A DNA stretch of 62,871 nt, filler included. It is 6 parts of 6 records of this genome, joined end to end, with 100 filler letters (N's around TTAATTAATTAA, not from the genome) between each part and the next. Parts side by side here need not be neighbours in the genome. Positions count along the whole stretch, not along the records: positions 45,455 to 54,614 come from SRR20825010_2638; positions 54,715 to 59,643 come from SRR20825010_2643; 4 more parts are not named here. One strand, 5' to 3'. This document shows positions 49,595-58,727 of the stretch, in pieces; positions within the stretch are counted from its first letter, which is position 1, and each line of letters begins with the position of its first letter. A program made the translations under genes and the position numbers. The notes below the pieces were generated by a model. The model worked only from the letters and a program-made list of their open reading frames with translations, was not told the DNA's origin and made no database searches.

Positions 49595-50746
49595 TCAGAA
49601 CCATCCGTTTTGCAGGCCGCTCAGGGTTTGCAGCATGCGGCGGCGAACCCAGGGCACTCTGGGAAACCAAGGGAGGCCAATGTTGCGGCACGTGGCAGAC
49701 AGCGGCACATTGGATTGAAAGAACGGTGTCAGCAATCGGGTCAGCGATTGGTAGTAGCGGACCTTTCGTTGCCGAAGTGTCTGATAGCGGACGGCTGCTT
49801 GTTGGAAGGTTCCCGTGTCAGCGATTGCATCCGCAAAACAGGCTGCGTCTTCCAGGGCCAAGTTGACGCCCTGGCCTAAATGGGGACTCGACGGGTGAGC
49901 TGCATCGCCAACGAAGACGACCTTGTCTGTGTGCCATTGCGGCATGCTGACGTGTCGGTAGCCGGCGAACGTCATCTCTGTGAATTCGTTGATGGAATCG
50001 AGGAGTTCCGTGGCGGGTTCGCACATGGTAACGACCTCCTGTTTCCAGACCGACAATCCTCGTTGGACTAGTCCTTCGTAGTGATCGGTGCGCAGTCCCC
50101 AGAAGAAGCTGCATTGTCCATTGCCAATCGGTAGCAATCCGGCCAACCGGTTGGTGCCATCAATGACTTGATGCAACCGATTGTGAACCTGAGAGCAAGG
50201 GCCCGTCGCCCAAATGGCAGCGTAGTCGTAGTTGATGGTTCGTGAATCGAGTTTCGCCGCCGTTCTCAATCGAGATCGAGATCCGTCTGCAGCAACGAGG
50301 AAATCGAAGGGGCCGTGTTGGGTGCCATGTTGGTCGATCGCATAGACGTCGTTTCCATCATTGCGAAAGTCGCAAATTTGGGTCGATGTATGCAGACGGA
50401 CGTTGGACTGATTGCACAGATTCATCAATTGCTGAAAGAGTAACCCGCGATGGACGCCGTAGGCAAAGTGGTTGTCGCCGAGGTGGCCGTAGTTCAATTC
50501 AATCAGTGGTCGGCCGGAGAGTAGGAACGCCTCAATGCCTTCCAGTTTGGCCGCCTGACGAGCAATCGTGTCAAGGATTCCCAAGCGATCCAACACGACT
50601 TGCCCACTGGGTTGGAGCATGATGCCCGCACCAATCGCTTGGCACTGGGCCGCTTGTTCAAAGATCGTGACTTGATGGCCCGCTGATGCGAGCAGATGAC
50701 TGACCGCGGTACCGGCGATGCCACATCCCGAGACCGCAATGTTCAT
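49595..50746 (-). CDS. FAD-dependent monooxygenase
   Basis: GCGIAG, ADGSRS, GDAAHPSSPHLGQGVNLALEDA. Confidence 0.93.
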   Translation of the reverse strand: MNIAVSGCGIAGTAVSHLLASAGHQVTIFEQAAQCQAIGAGIMLQPSGQVVLDRLGILDTIARQAAKLEGIEAFLLSGRPLIELNYGHLGDNHFAYGVHRGLLFQQLMNLCNQSNVRLHTSTQICDFRNDGNDVYAIDQHGTQHGPFDFLVAADGSRSRLRTAAKLDSRTINYDYAAIWATGPCSQVHNRLHQVIDGTNRLAGLLPIGNGQCSFFWGLRTDHYEGLVQRGLSVWKQEVVTMCEPATELLDSINEFTEMTFAGYRHVSMPQWHTDKVVFVGDAAHPSSPHLGQGVNLALEDAACFADAIADTGTFQQAAVRYQTLRQRKVRYYQSLTRLLTPFFQSNVPLSATCRNIGLPWFPRVPWVRRRMLQTLSGLQNGWF

Positions 50747-50915
50747 TTCGGTTTGCTTTTGATTGAGTGACCGTGGTTGTAGGTCGAGGGTGATGCATGA
50801 TAGCCGACGCCTGGCGACCGCTCCTCGGAACCGTAGGGTCGATCGAAGGCGACTCTGGGCATCGACGGTGGAGCATTCGCGATTTTCCTAGCTTTCAGGG
50901 CGTCTCTAAACCGGA

Positions 50916-51320
50916 CTACGGTGTGGGATCGAGTTCCACTCGAATGGAGTCCGTGCGGTCGGCTTGGTTGGAATATCGCAAGTCGCTGGTGTAATAATCA
51001 GCGTAGCGTCGAGGGACCGTTTGGCCGTGATCGTGATCGGCTGCGGCTACGTCTTCTGTCATCACAATTTGTACGACGACCATTTCATAATCGCCCGGGG
51101 GAAGGGATTCATTCCCGTCTTGATCTCGCAATGCGAACGTTCCATCGCTCGCAATTCGTCCGGCATACCGAGCACCCGTCTCAAGCGAGCGGAATTCGAT
51201 GCTGCCGGACTGAACTGGATCACCGTCGGTGTACTCGACGATTCCCGTAGCGGGTTGTTGGCTCGAGCACCCTGTTAGCGTCACCACCAACAACAGCATC
51301 GCAAATCGAAAATCGATCAT
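50916..51320 (-). CDS. Small lipoprotein, carboxypeptidase-regulatory-like fold (DUF1559 partner)
   Basis: Lipobox LTGC; GTFAL, PGDY, VPRRY...TSDL; DHDHG motif. Confidence 0.85.
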   Translation of the reverse strand: MIDFRFAMLLLVVTLTGCSSQQPATGIVEYTDGDPVQSGSIEFRSLETGARYAGRIASDGTFALRDQDGNESLPPGDYEMVVVQIVMTEDVAAADHDHGQTVPRRYADYYTSDLRYSNQADRTDSIRVELDPTP

Positions 51321-52342
51321 TGTTCCAATTCCACCACCCGAGCGTCACGGCGGTTGGCAAGTGAGCCCAGTACTTTTGTGTCCGTGAAGGGTGTGAACAT
51401 TCTCACGCTGCCATCGACCAAGGCAAAATGGACTCCGGCGGGGTGCCAGCTTCCAAACGAGAACATGTCAGCCAGGACATCACTGGGGCCGTTGGCCAAT
51501 CGCAGTCCGGGACCCGCCAGTCGACTGGATGCCGGAAGATGATCGCCATCGTAGGCGGGTGAGTCCTCGGGGAATTGAGCAAGGCGATCAAGCGGGACAT
51601 ATTTCTCACCGAACAAAAACGTGCTCGACGTTCCATCGGTGACAGAAGCCATGCGAATGCGATCGGACGGTGCGATGGCCTTGCCCGCTTTGCAGTCCGG
51701 TCGCACGCTGATAATCACGCCGGTTCCATTTCCGCCGAAGTAAAAGTCGGTGGGGGCTCCGGTCGCACCGGGCGTTAAGTCACCATGATTGCCGGCATAG
51801 TCACAAAGGGCTCCTTCAACATTCAACGATACATCCGTGGGACGTGGTGGAAGAGGGCAACCGCACGGGAGTCGGCCACCACCGCCGGTTTCTGTGGAGC
51901 GGAGTTCTCGAGTGCCGGTCGGTTGTGTTCCGGAGCGTCGCGAGGGACAGAGGAAGATGTCGGGAACAACCGTCCGGACATTTTCGGGATGTTGATGCCA
52001 GGGTTTGGAAAAATCCCATTGGCTACCCAGCGAGGCTTGCTCGATATACGGCATCACCCGAGCCAGCCACGTCGGTGTTTCCAAACCGCATTGGTCGGCG
52101 GGATCCGCGTCCGGACGCGATTCATATCGTGCCGGCGGGAAGTAGCCGAGCACGTCATGGTGCATGTGCGTGGCCAGTGCCAATTGCCGAATGCGGTTTT
52201 TGCAATCGGTGCTGCGAGCGGCTTCGCGTGCCGATTGAACGGCAGGCAGCAACATCGCCACCAGAACGCCAATGATCGAGATGACCACCAGCAATTCGAC
52301 CAGCGTGAAGGCACGGGGTTTGATTTTTTTGACTACCAACAT
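51317..52342 (-). CDS. DUF1559 prepilin-type protein
   Basis: AFTLVELLVVISIIGVLVAMLLPAVQSAREAAR, TDGTS.T, HPAGVHFALVDGSV. Confidence 0.96.
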   Translation of the reverse strand: MLVVKKIKPRAFTLVELLVVISIIGVLVAMLLPAVQSAREAARSTDCKNRIRQLALATHMHHDVLGYFPPARYESRPDADPADQCGLETPTWLARVMPYIEQASLGSQWDFSKPWHQHPENVRTVVPDIFLCPSRRSGTQPTGTRELRSTETGGGGRLPCGCPLPPRPTDVSLNVEGALCDYAGNHGDLTPGATGAPTDFYFGGNGTGVIISVRPDCKAGKAIAPSDRIRMASVTDGTSSTFLFGEKYVPLDRLAQFPEDSPAYDGDHLPASSRLAGPGLRLANGPSDVLADMFSFGSWHPAGVHFALVDGSVRMFTPFTDTKVLGSLANRRDARVVELEQ

Positions 52343-52421
52343 GAAACGGATCTTCCGCAGAAAGAGGGCGCGTCAGTCCGGTCCGACCGCTTGCGATTGT
52401 AGTCTCGCTGAATGGCGATTG

Positions 52422-54056
52422 TCACGGATCGGGCCGAAATGACCGCACCCAACGGGAGTTCGTAGCCAGAATATTCCTCACGACCTGTTGTGTTTCGTCC
52501 AGTTCAAACGGATCGTGTTCCAATTCATGCTCAAGCAATTCGAGCTTTTTGCGGATCAAGTAGCCCTGCATCCGCTGGTAGGGCCGGATCTGCCCCGTGC
52601 GGATGAAGGTGCCGACTTCCATCCGGCGGCTCCAGTCTTCCCAGACGGGTAACCAGTACAGCGCATGCTCGGCTTGGCCGCTATTGGCGGCTGCGAGACA
52701 TTCGGCCCGGGCCATGCTGATTTCATCCAGGCATTCTTCGGCCGATGGGTAGTAAGCGAAGCAGGCAACGACGCTCATCGCGACCAACCCTGCCAGCATG
52801 GTGGCGCCGATGACGCCCGGCGGGACAACGATGTCGAGTCCCTTGCGAGCTTGTGCGTCTTGCGATGAAAGAGAGGATGCAAACGAGTCGGCTTTGGCGG
52901 TACTCACCAACCAAGCCTCATCGATTTTCATCCAACGCAATCCGATACCAATCAGACTGAGAACACCCAGCACGGAGAGGGCGGCGATGACGCTGAAGTC
53001 GAGTCCCTTGACCACCAAATCATACAAAGCGTTTGCACTAAGGCTGTGGTGAATCGACATCGGGTTGGCGTAGACGTCAAACGCATGCGTGTGACCGGCA
53101 GGTTCGACTCCCGGCGGAACGAGTGGCCGGTTGATCGCGTACGAAATGCCCAGCACGATCACCAGCAGCGAAGCGGTCCAGCATGCGGTGGCTTTGAATC
53201 CGTAGTTCTTTCCGAACCAAAACGGTGTTGCCAAGTTCATGCCGGTGCCCAAGATCAACAACGTGAACGCGGCACCGGGCGAATTGGCATGTTGGAACAT
53301 CATGCCGAGTTGGCTCATGGCCAGCATCGGTGTCGCATAAACCGGAATCGCGACTCCGAGCATTGTGAGAGGCGCGAACCAATCATCGCGTTCAACCGAA
53401 TGCTGCATCGCTCCGAAAGGCAGGGCCGCTGCCAGGATCGCGAGTCCAGACAACGCCAACATGGTCAAAGCAAGATTGACGCCGGTGAGTTCTCGGGAGA
53501 AGTGAACGAACGTCGCGGCGAGTCGTCGCAAGCCAATCAGGTGATCTTTGGATTCGGCATCAACGGTGCCGTTCGTTTCCGAATCATGCTGGTTTGCAAG
53601 CTCATCTTCTGTCTCTTTTCGGTTGGACCATTTTTCGATTGAGTCCCAGAACAACCCCAATGCAGTGACGATGATCAGCGAGCCAAATGCAAACAGCAGG
53701 ATCACCATCGGACGGCTGAGCGTGAGCCCATAGAGCAGCGAGAGAGGATTGAACAACGGTGCGGATAACGCGAATGCTGACATGGCTCCAGGCTTCACAC
53801 CCGCCCGACGCATCTCACGCAAAATCGGCAGCACGCCAATCGAACAAACTGGCAACAGCATCCCGACCAACCACGATTGCGGCAGCGATCGCAGGGTGTC
53901 GCCTCCGAACAGTCTGCGTGTGCCTTTTTCGCCCAGGTAGTACCGAATGATCGAGGCAATCAGCATGCCCACCAGGAAAGTTGGCGCCGCAGCGGCAAAG
54001 CCTTGAAGGACGCGAACGAGTCCGCCCATCAACATGATCGAAATGGGTTGGCTCAT
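52422..54056 (-). CDS. Permease (DUF318/ArsP-like) with C-terminal extension
   Basis: GMLLPVCSIGVLP, FALSAPLFNP, SPGAAFTLL; GHTHAFD. Confidence 0.8.
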   Translation of the reverse strand: MSQPISIMLMGGLVRVLQGFAAAAPTFLVGMLIASIIRYYLGEKGTRRLFGGDTLRSLPQSWLVGMLLPVCSIGVLPILREMRRAGVKPGAMSAFALSAPLFNPLSLLYGLTLSRPMVILLFAFGSLIIVTALGLFWDSIEKWSNRKETEDELANQHDSETNGTVDAESKDHLIGLRRLAATFVHFSRELTGVNLALTMLALSGLAILAAALPFGAMQHSVERDDWFAPLTMLGVAIPVYATPMLAMSQLGMMFQHANSPGAAFTLLILGTGMNLATPFWFGKNYGFKATACWTASLLVIVLGISYAINRPLVPPGVEPAGHTHAFDVYANPMSIHHSLSANALYDLVVKGLDFSVIAALSVLGVLSLIGIGLRWMKIDEAWLVSTAKADSFASSLSSQDAQARKGLDIVVPPGVIGATMLAGLVAMSVVACFAYYPSAEECLDEISMARAECLAAANSGQAEHALYWLPVWEDWSRRMEVGTFIRTGQIRPYQRMQGYLIRKKLELLEHELEHDPFELDETQQVVRNILATNSRWVRSFRPDP

Positions 54057-54520
54057 GATCCGGTTGCCTTCAAACTGGCGAGTTGGTCAGGGATTTTTGA
54101 GATCGATTCGTCGATCAGTTGGCAAAGCGATTCGATTTGTTGCAGGTCATCGTTGGAGAACGGTTCGTTCGTTGCCTTCAAGTTTGCCGAGACCGCTTGG
54201 CTGCTCTCGTGCAACGGAATCCAATCGGCTTCTGAGAGGTTTGTGTCGGCGGCAACTTCACCGACCCATTCGACGAGGTCTTCGATTTCATGACGCAATT
54301 GTTCGTCGGAGAAATCGTTGTTCGCGGAGATGCGGCTGCGCAGTTTGCTCGACAAGTCAGCAAGGTCTTCGGGCCAGTGCGATGACACGACGTGATCGTG
54401 TTCAAAGTTGGATGTTTTGGGAGCATCGTCCGTGCTGCAGCCGGCGAGCAAGAGAAGAAGCGAAAGGGTGAGTGCAGAGCTCAGGCTCGGCCCTCCGTTC
54501 GCTTTGCTCGACGCTCGCAA
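54053..54520 (-). CDS. Helical lipoprotein with His motif
   Basis: Lipobox LLAGC; FEHDHVVSSHWP; start uncertain because the frame is open to the contig end. Confidence 0.75.
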   Translation of the reverse strand: MRASSKANGGPSLSSALTLSLLLLLAGCSTDDAPKTSNFEHDHVVSSHWPEDLADLSSKLRSRISANNDFSDEQLRHEIEDLVEWVGEVAADTNLSEADWIPLHESSQAVSANLKATNEPFSNDDLQQIESLCQLIDESISKIPDQLASLKATGS

Positions 54521-54614
54521 AGGGAGGGTGTCGTGCAGTTTTCTGGTGCCGCTTTTCGGCAGATCAACACACGGTTCACCTCTTCCGAAACGAAGTTTGG
54601 GGAGAGGTCGAGCG
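54491..54614. repeat. Two planctomycete REP-like palindromes
   Basis: CCCTCC...GGAGGG (54491-54528) and ACCTCT..AAAC-GAA-GTTT..AGAGGT (54578-54607). Confidence 0.55.
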
Positions 54615-54714
54615 NNNNNNNNNNNNNNNNNNNNNNNNNNNNNNNNNNNNNNNNNNNNTTAATTAATTAANNNNNNNNNNNNNNNNNNNNNNNNNNNNNN
54701 NNNNNNNNNNNNNN
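54615..54714. other. Artificial contig spacer
   Basis: N44-TTAATTAATTAA-N44. Confidence 0.99.
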
Positions 54715-54840
54715 GTGCTTGTGGAAGCCGATCCTAATGCCGCAGCCTTTTATGCACGGCAAGGCTTTCGCCAATGTGGCGAGGTCCCGTCCGCCTCCAT
54801 CCCTGGCCGCACATTGCCGCTAATGGAAATGCGCTTCTAG
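54715..54840 (+). CDS. GNAT N-acetyltransferase, C-terminal fragment (not in ORF track)
   Basis: Manual translation VLVEADPNAAAFYARQGFRQCGEVPSASIPGRTLPLMEMRF*. Confidence 0.8.
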   Translation: MLVEADPNAAAFYARQGFRQCGEVPSASIPGRTLPLMEMRF

Positions 54841-55670
54841 TTTTCTTCGTCAAACCGCAGCGTATGTGCATGGTAAAGCGGCCCATGACCTTTGCCAAAG
54901 CCCGGCGCTGTGCGGATTGCCTCCTGCACATAGTCGCGCGCAATCTCCACCGCATCACGCAATGGCGCGCCTTGCGCCATCAGGGCGGCAATGGCTGACG
55001 CCAATGTGCAGCCTGTACCATGCGTGTGACGCGTGTCGATGCGCGGACCGGACATAACTTCGATCATTTCATGCGTGGCAAGCACATCGTTGATCGTAGA
55101 CCCGTCAATATGTCCACCCTTGATAAGCACCGCATCGCAACCAAGCCCCAACAAGGCATCGGCGGCGGCTTTCTGGTCATCAAGGTTCTTTATGCTACGC
55201 CCCGTCAGCGCTTCAGCTTCGGGCACGTTGGGTGTGATGAGCGTTGCAATCGGCATAAGCGCGCGCTTGTAGGCATCCACCGCATTGGCCTGCAAAAGCG
55301 CGGCACCACCTTTGGCGACCATAACCGGATCAACAATCAGCGCGGCATCCGGCGCGAGAGCCGAAATATCTTCCGCCACGGCTTCGATGATTTCAACCGA
55401 ATGCAACATACCAGTCTTGATCGCGTCAGTGCCGATATCCTGCAACACGACCTTGATCTGGGCACGAATGATATCCAATGGAATTTCGTGGATGCCATGA
55501 ACACCAAGCGTGTCCTGCACCGTGATCGCTGTGACCGCATTGCTGGCATAGCCGCCAAGGGCTGTGACTGTCTTGATATCAGCTTGCAGGCCCGCACCGC
55601 CACCGGAGTCAGAACCGGCAATAATGAGAACACGGCCACGCGGATCGTCGAGATGGAAGCTTTCAGACAT
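54837..55670 (-). CDS. thiD: Hydroxymethylpyrimidine/phosphomethylpyrimidine kinase
   Basis: IAGSDSGGGAGLQAD, KTGML, DPVM, TPN, HGTGC. Confidence 0.97.
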   Translation of the reverse strand: MSESFHLDDPRGRVLIIAGSDSGGGAGLQADIKTVTALGGYASNAVTAITVQDTLGVHGIHEIPLDIIRAQIKVVLQDIGTDAIKTGMLHSVEIIEAVAEDISALAPDAALIVDPVMVAKGGAALLQANAVDAYKRALMPIATLITPNVPEAEALTGRSIKNLDDQKAAADALLGLGCDAVLIKGGHIDGSTINDVLATHEMIEVMSGPRIDTRHTHGTGCTLASAIAALMAQGAPLRDAVEIARDYVQEAIRTAPGFGKGHGPLYHAHTLRFDEEN

Positions 55671-57016
55671 CAGGCCGCATGACCTTCAATGGCTGTGCAA
55701 ATATCCTTCACCACAGATTTGACGAGCTTTTCATCATCACCCTCGCCCATCACGCGGATGAGAGGCTCCGTGCCTGACTTGCGAATGACGAGGCGACCGG
55801 ATGCGCCAAGACGTGCCTCGCCTTCGCTAATGGCGGCTTTCACGTCTTTCTCATTGAGTGGCTCGCCCTTTTTGAAGCGAACATTCTTCAGAAGCTGGGG
55901 CAGCGGATCGAAAAGATGGCAAAGCTCGGACACGGGCTTATTCTCAAGCTTCAGCGCCGCAAGAATCTGGAGCGCGGCGACAAGCCCGTCGCCTGTGGTG
56001 CCGAAATCCTTAAGCACGATATGACCTGATTGCTCGCCACCCACATTGAAACCATGCGCCCGCATATGCTCGACCACATATCGGTCGCCGACCTTTGTGC
56101 GGATAAGGTCAAGACCCAAACCGCCCAAATAGCGCTCCAGCCCCAGATTGGACATGACCGTGGAGACGATGCCCGGCGCTGAAAGCTTGCCAGCCGCTTT
56201 CCATGACTTGGCGATAAGCGCCATGATCTGATCGCCATCGACAATATGGCCGGTCTCGTCACAAATGATAAGGCGGTCGGCATCACCGTCCAGCGCAATG
56301 CCGATATCGGCGCGACGCTCGCGCACTGTCGCGCAAAGACGCTGCGGTGAGGTGGAACCGCAATCATCGTTGATGTTGAACCCATCTGGCGAGACACCGA
56401 TAGTGACGACTTCTGCACCCAGTTCATAAAGCACGGCAGGCGCGACCTTATAGGCCGCTCCATTGGCGCAATCGATGACAATACGCAGGCCTTCCAGCGT
56501 CAGATCGCGCGGAAAGGAATGCTTCACATGCTCGATATAACGCGCCTGCGCATCATCGACACGCTTTGCGCGGCCAAGATCGCGCGATCCGGCCAGCTCG
56601 TCTGTGAGGCCGTTATCGATATGATGCTCGATCTCAAGCTCAATCTCGTCTGACAATTTGAAACCGTCGGGACCAAAAAGCTTGATACCATTATCCTGAA
56701 ACGAATTATGCGATGCCGAAATCATCACGCCGAGATCGGCACGAAGCGACCGCGTGAGCATGGCAACCGCAGGAGTGGGCAGAGGACCAAACAGAAATAC
56801 ATCCATACCCATGGAGGTGAAACCTGCCGTCAGCGCAGGCTCCAGCATATATCCCGACAGGCGCGTATCCTTGCCGATCACGACACGATGACGATGGTCG
56901 CCACGACGGAACACGCGGCCTGCCGCCATGCCGACGCGCAAAGCCGTCTCCGCCGTCATCGCGCCTTCATTGGCCTTGCCGCGGATACCATCCGTGCCGA
57001 AATACTTGCGCACCAT
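55670..57016 (-). CDS. glmM: Phosphoglucosamine mutase (complete)
   Basis: [36 protein letters not shown]. Confidence 0.98.
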   Translation of the reverse strand: MVRKYFGTDGIRGKANEGAMTAETALRVGMAAGRVFRRGDHRHRVVIGKDTRLSGYMLEPALTAGFTSMGMDVFLFGPLPTPAVAMLTRSLRADLGVMISASHNSFQDNGIKLFGPDGFKLSDEIELEIEHHIDNGLTDELAGSRDLGRAKRVDDAQARYIEHVKHSFPRDLTLEGLRIVIDCANGAAYKVAPAVLYELGAEVVTIGVSPDGFNINDDCGSTSPQRLCATVRERRADIGIALDGDADRLIICDETGHIVDGDQIMALIAKSWKAAGKLSAPGIVSTVMSNLGLERYLGGLGLDLIRTKVGDRYVVEHMRAHGFNVGGEQSGHIVLKDFGTTGDGLVAALQILAALKLENKPVSELCHLFDPLPQLLKNVRFKKGEPLNEKDVKAAISEGEARLGASGRLVIRKSGTEPLIRVMGEGDDEKLVKSVVKDICTAIEGHAA

Positions 57017-57083
57017 GCGGTCTCAATTCCTGTGTTCTGTCTGCATTGACACGCGAATATAGAGAGATTTGGCAAAAGTGCAG

Positions 57084-57899
57084 TTAACGTTTTCTTGCTG
57101 AATCTTTCAATGCAGCCAGTACTTTAAGCCCATCACACAAAGGCGCTGGCTCATGCGTGCGGATATAGTCGGCACCAGCCTGACTTGCCGCCAGTTCTGC
57201 GGCAAGTGTGGCCGCCCCCGCCTCGCCCGGACCACGCCCCACAGCCGCTCGCAAAAACGACTTGCGGGAGACAGACAGCAGCACAGGCAGGCCGAAACGG
57301 GTCTTCAATTCACCAAAACGGGCCAAGGCAGCGAAAGATGTTTCAGGCGCTGAACCGAGAAAGAACCCCATGCCGGGATCGAGCACAATCCGCTCGCGTG
57401 CCACACCGGCCTCTGTAAGCGCCGCAATTCGCCGCTCAAAGAACTCTGCTATATGCGAAATGATATCGCCAGCCGGTGCCTCGCGACGATCCGCCTGACC
57501 GTCCTGAATGGAGTGCATGACAACAAGACGGGCATCGGACGCAGCCAACGCGCCATAAAGCGCGCGATCAGGAAAGCCGCGAATGTCATTGAGATAGGCG
57601 ACACCACGTGACAGGGCATAGGCCTGCGTCTCGCGCTGGTAGCTATCAACGGAAACCGCGATGCCGTCGCCATGCAGCGCATCAAGCACAGGTGCGATCC
57701 GTGCAATCTCGGTGGCCGGACTGACGGGCGCGGCATCGGGATTGGACGATGCGGGCCCCAGATCGATAACATCTGCCCCCTCCGCCACCAGTTTACGAGC
57801 ATGAGCAACCGCAGCATCGGGCGCAAGATAGCGCCCGCCATCGGAAAAACTATCCGACGTAATATTGACGATTCCGAAGATTATAGGTGCGCTGCTCAT
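57084..57899 (-). CDS. folP: Dihydropteroate synthase of the Sul clade (Sul2-like), 271 aa
   Basis: GIVNITSDSFSDGG, LGPASSNPDA, DPGMGFFLG, SVSRKSF, IRTHEP; alternative ATG at 57905. Confidence 0.96.
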   Translation of the reverse strand: MSSAPIIFGIVNITSDSFSDGGRYLAPDAAVAHARKLVAEGADVIDLGPASSNPDAAPVSPATEIARIAPVLDALHGDGIAVSVDSYQRETQAYALSRGVAYLNDIRGFPDRALYGALAASDARLVVMHSIQDGQADRREAPAGDIISHIAEFFERRIAALTEAGVARERIVLDPGMGFFLGSAPETSFAALARFGELKTRFGLPVLLSVSRKSFLRAAVGRGPGEAGAATLAAELAASQAGADYIRTHEPAPLCDGLKVLAALKDSARKR

Positions 57900-57946
57900 A
57901 GCCATTTTCTAGCATGAAAAACGTACGGCCACATATGGCTACAGGC

Positions 57947-58561
57947 TCAAAACCCCTGCCCCATGATCATGTTGACGAGCTGTTCGAGATAAATATCGAA
58001 CTCTTTTCTCGCCACACCCGAAAAATGCATCAGCGCCACGGTGTGCCCGCCACCGATAAAGAGACGCGCGGCCGACATTGTGTCGAGACTGGCGGGGATC
58101 ACCCCTTCGCGCTTTCCGCGCTGTAAAAGCCGATGGGCCACATCAACGAAACCATTATTCAAAGCGGCATAGCGCGGCCAGACATCGGCACGCACACCAG
58201 TGCTCCAGTCGAGCCAAACCTTGATAAGGTCCGGCTGCTCGCTCGACATATTGGTGAAGCGCCCGGCGAGATTTTCCAGACAATCGCGCACAGGCGCATT
58301 CTGGGTCAGAAGGCCTTGCACGTTCTCGCTGAGCTGCAATTCGACTTCATCGAGAACGGCTGTCACCAGATCTTCCCGTGTACGGAAATAGGAATGCACA
58401 GCCGAGACGGAAATGCCAGCACGCTCGGCCACATGGCTATGGGTAGCGCGCGCCAGCCCATTTTCGGCGCAGGCGGAAATGGCACAAGCAACGAGTTGCG
58501 CCCGTCGCTCGACAGGCGACAGGCGGGTGCGTTTGGATCTGGTAGCGACAACAGGAGACAA
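57947..58561 (-). CDS. TetR-family regulator resembling Vibrio SmcR/HapR/LuxR
   Basis: RTRLSP..RR.QL, HSHVAERAGISVSAVHSYFRTREDLV..VL, KVWLDWST.VR.DVWP; GAGGGG RBS before TTG. Confidence 0.9.
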   Translation of the reverse strand: MSPVVATRSKRTRLSPVERRAQLVACAISACAENGLARATHSHVAERAGISVSAVHSYFRTREDLVTAVLDEVELQLSENVQGLLTQNAPVRDCLENLAGRFTNMSSEQPDLIKVWLDWSTGVRADVWPRYAALNNGFVDVAHRLLQRGKREGVIPASLDTMSAARLFIGGGHTVALMHFSGVARKEFDIYLEQLVNMIMGQGF

Positions 58562-58661
58562 AATGGCCCCTCAAACAATGGAATCACACGAACCCGAACT
58601 ATAACGGCTTCAAACAAGTATACTGAGCAGTTGCAGCACAAATCAGGCCAAAATTTCTAGG

Positions 58662-58710
58662 TTGACTTCGCGGCACCTTCTTATTGATACTTTACTCAAT
58701 AAGAAGGTGC
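58662..58710 (+). promoter_or_regulatory. CYP153 promoter with 15-bp perfect inverted repeat operator
   Basis: TTGACT at 58662; GCACCTTCTTATTGA (58673-58687), 8-nt spacer, TCAATAAGAAGGTGC (58696-58710). Confidence 0.8.
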
Positions 58711-58727
58711 AATCCGTGGAGGGAACA

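Noticed and set aside
49595-50746. TetX-like resistance monooxygenase
   Set aside because: Only generic class A flavin monooxygenase motifs; nothing indicates the substrate
57084-57899. Calling this an acquired mobile sul2 gene
   Set aside because: Too divergent from recalled Sul2, both flanking genes are intact and no mobile element is present
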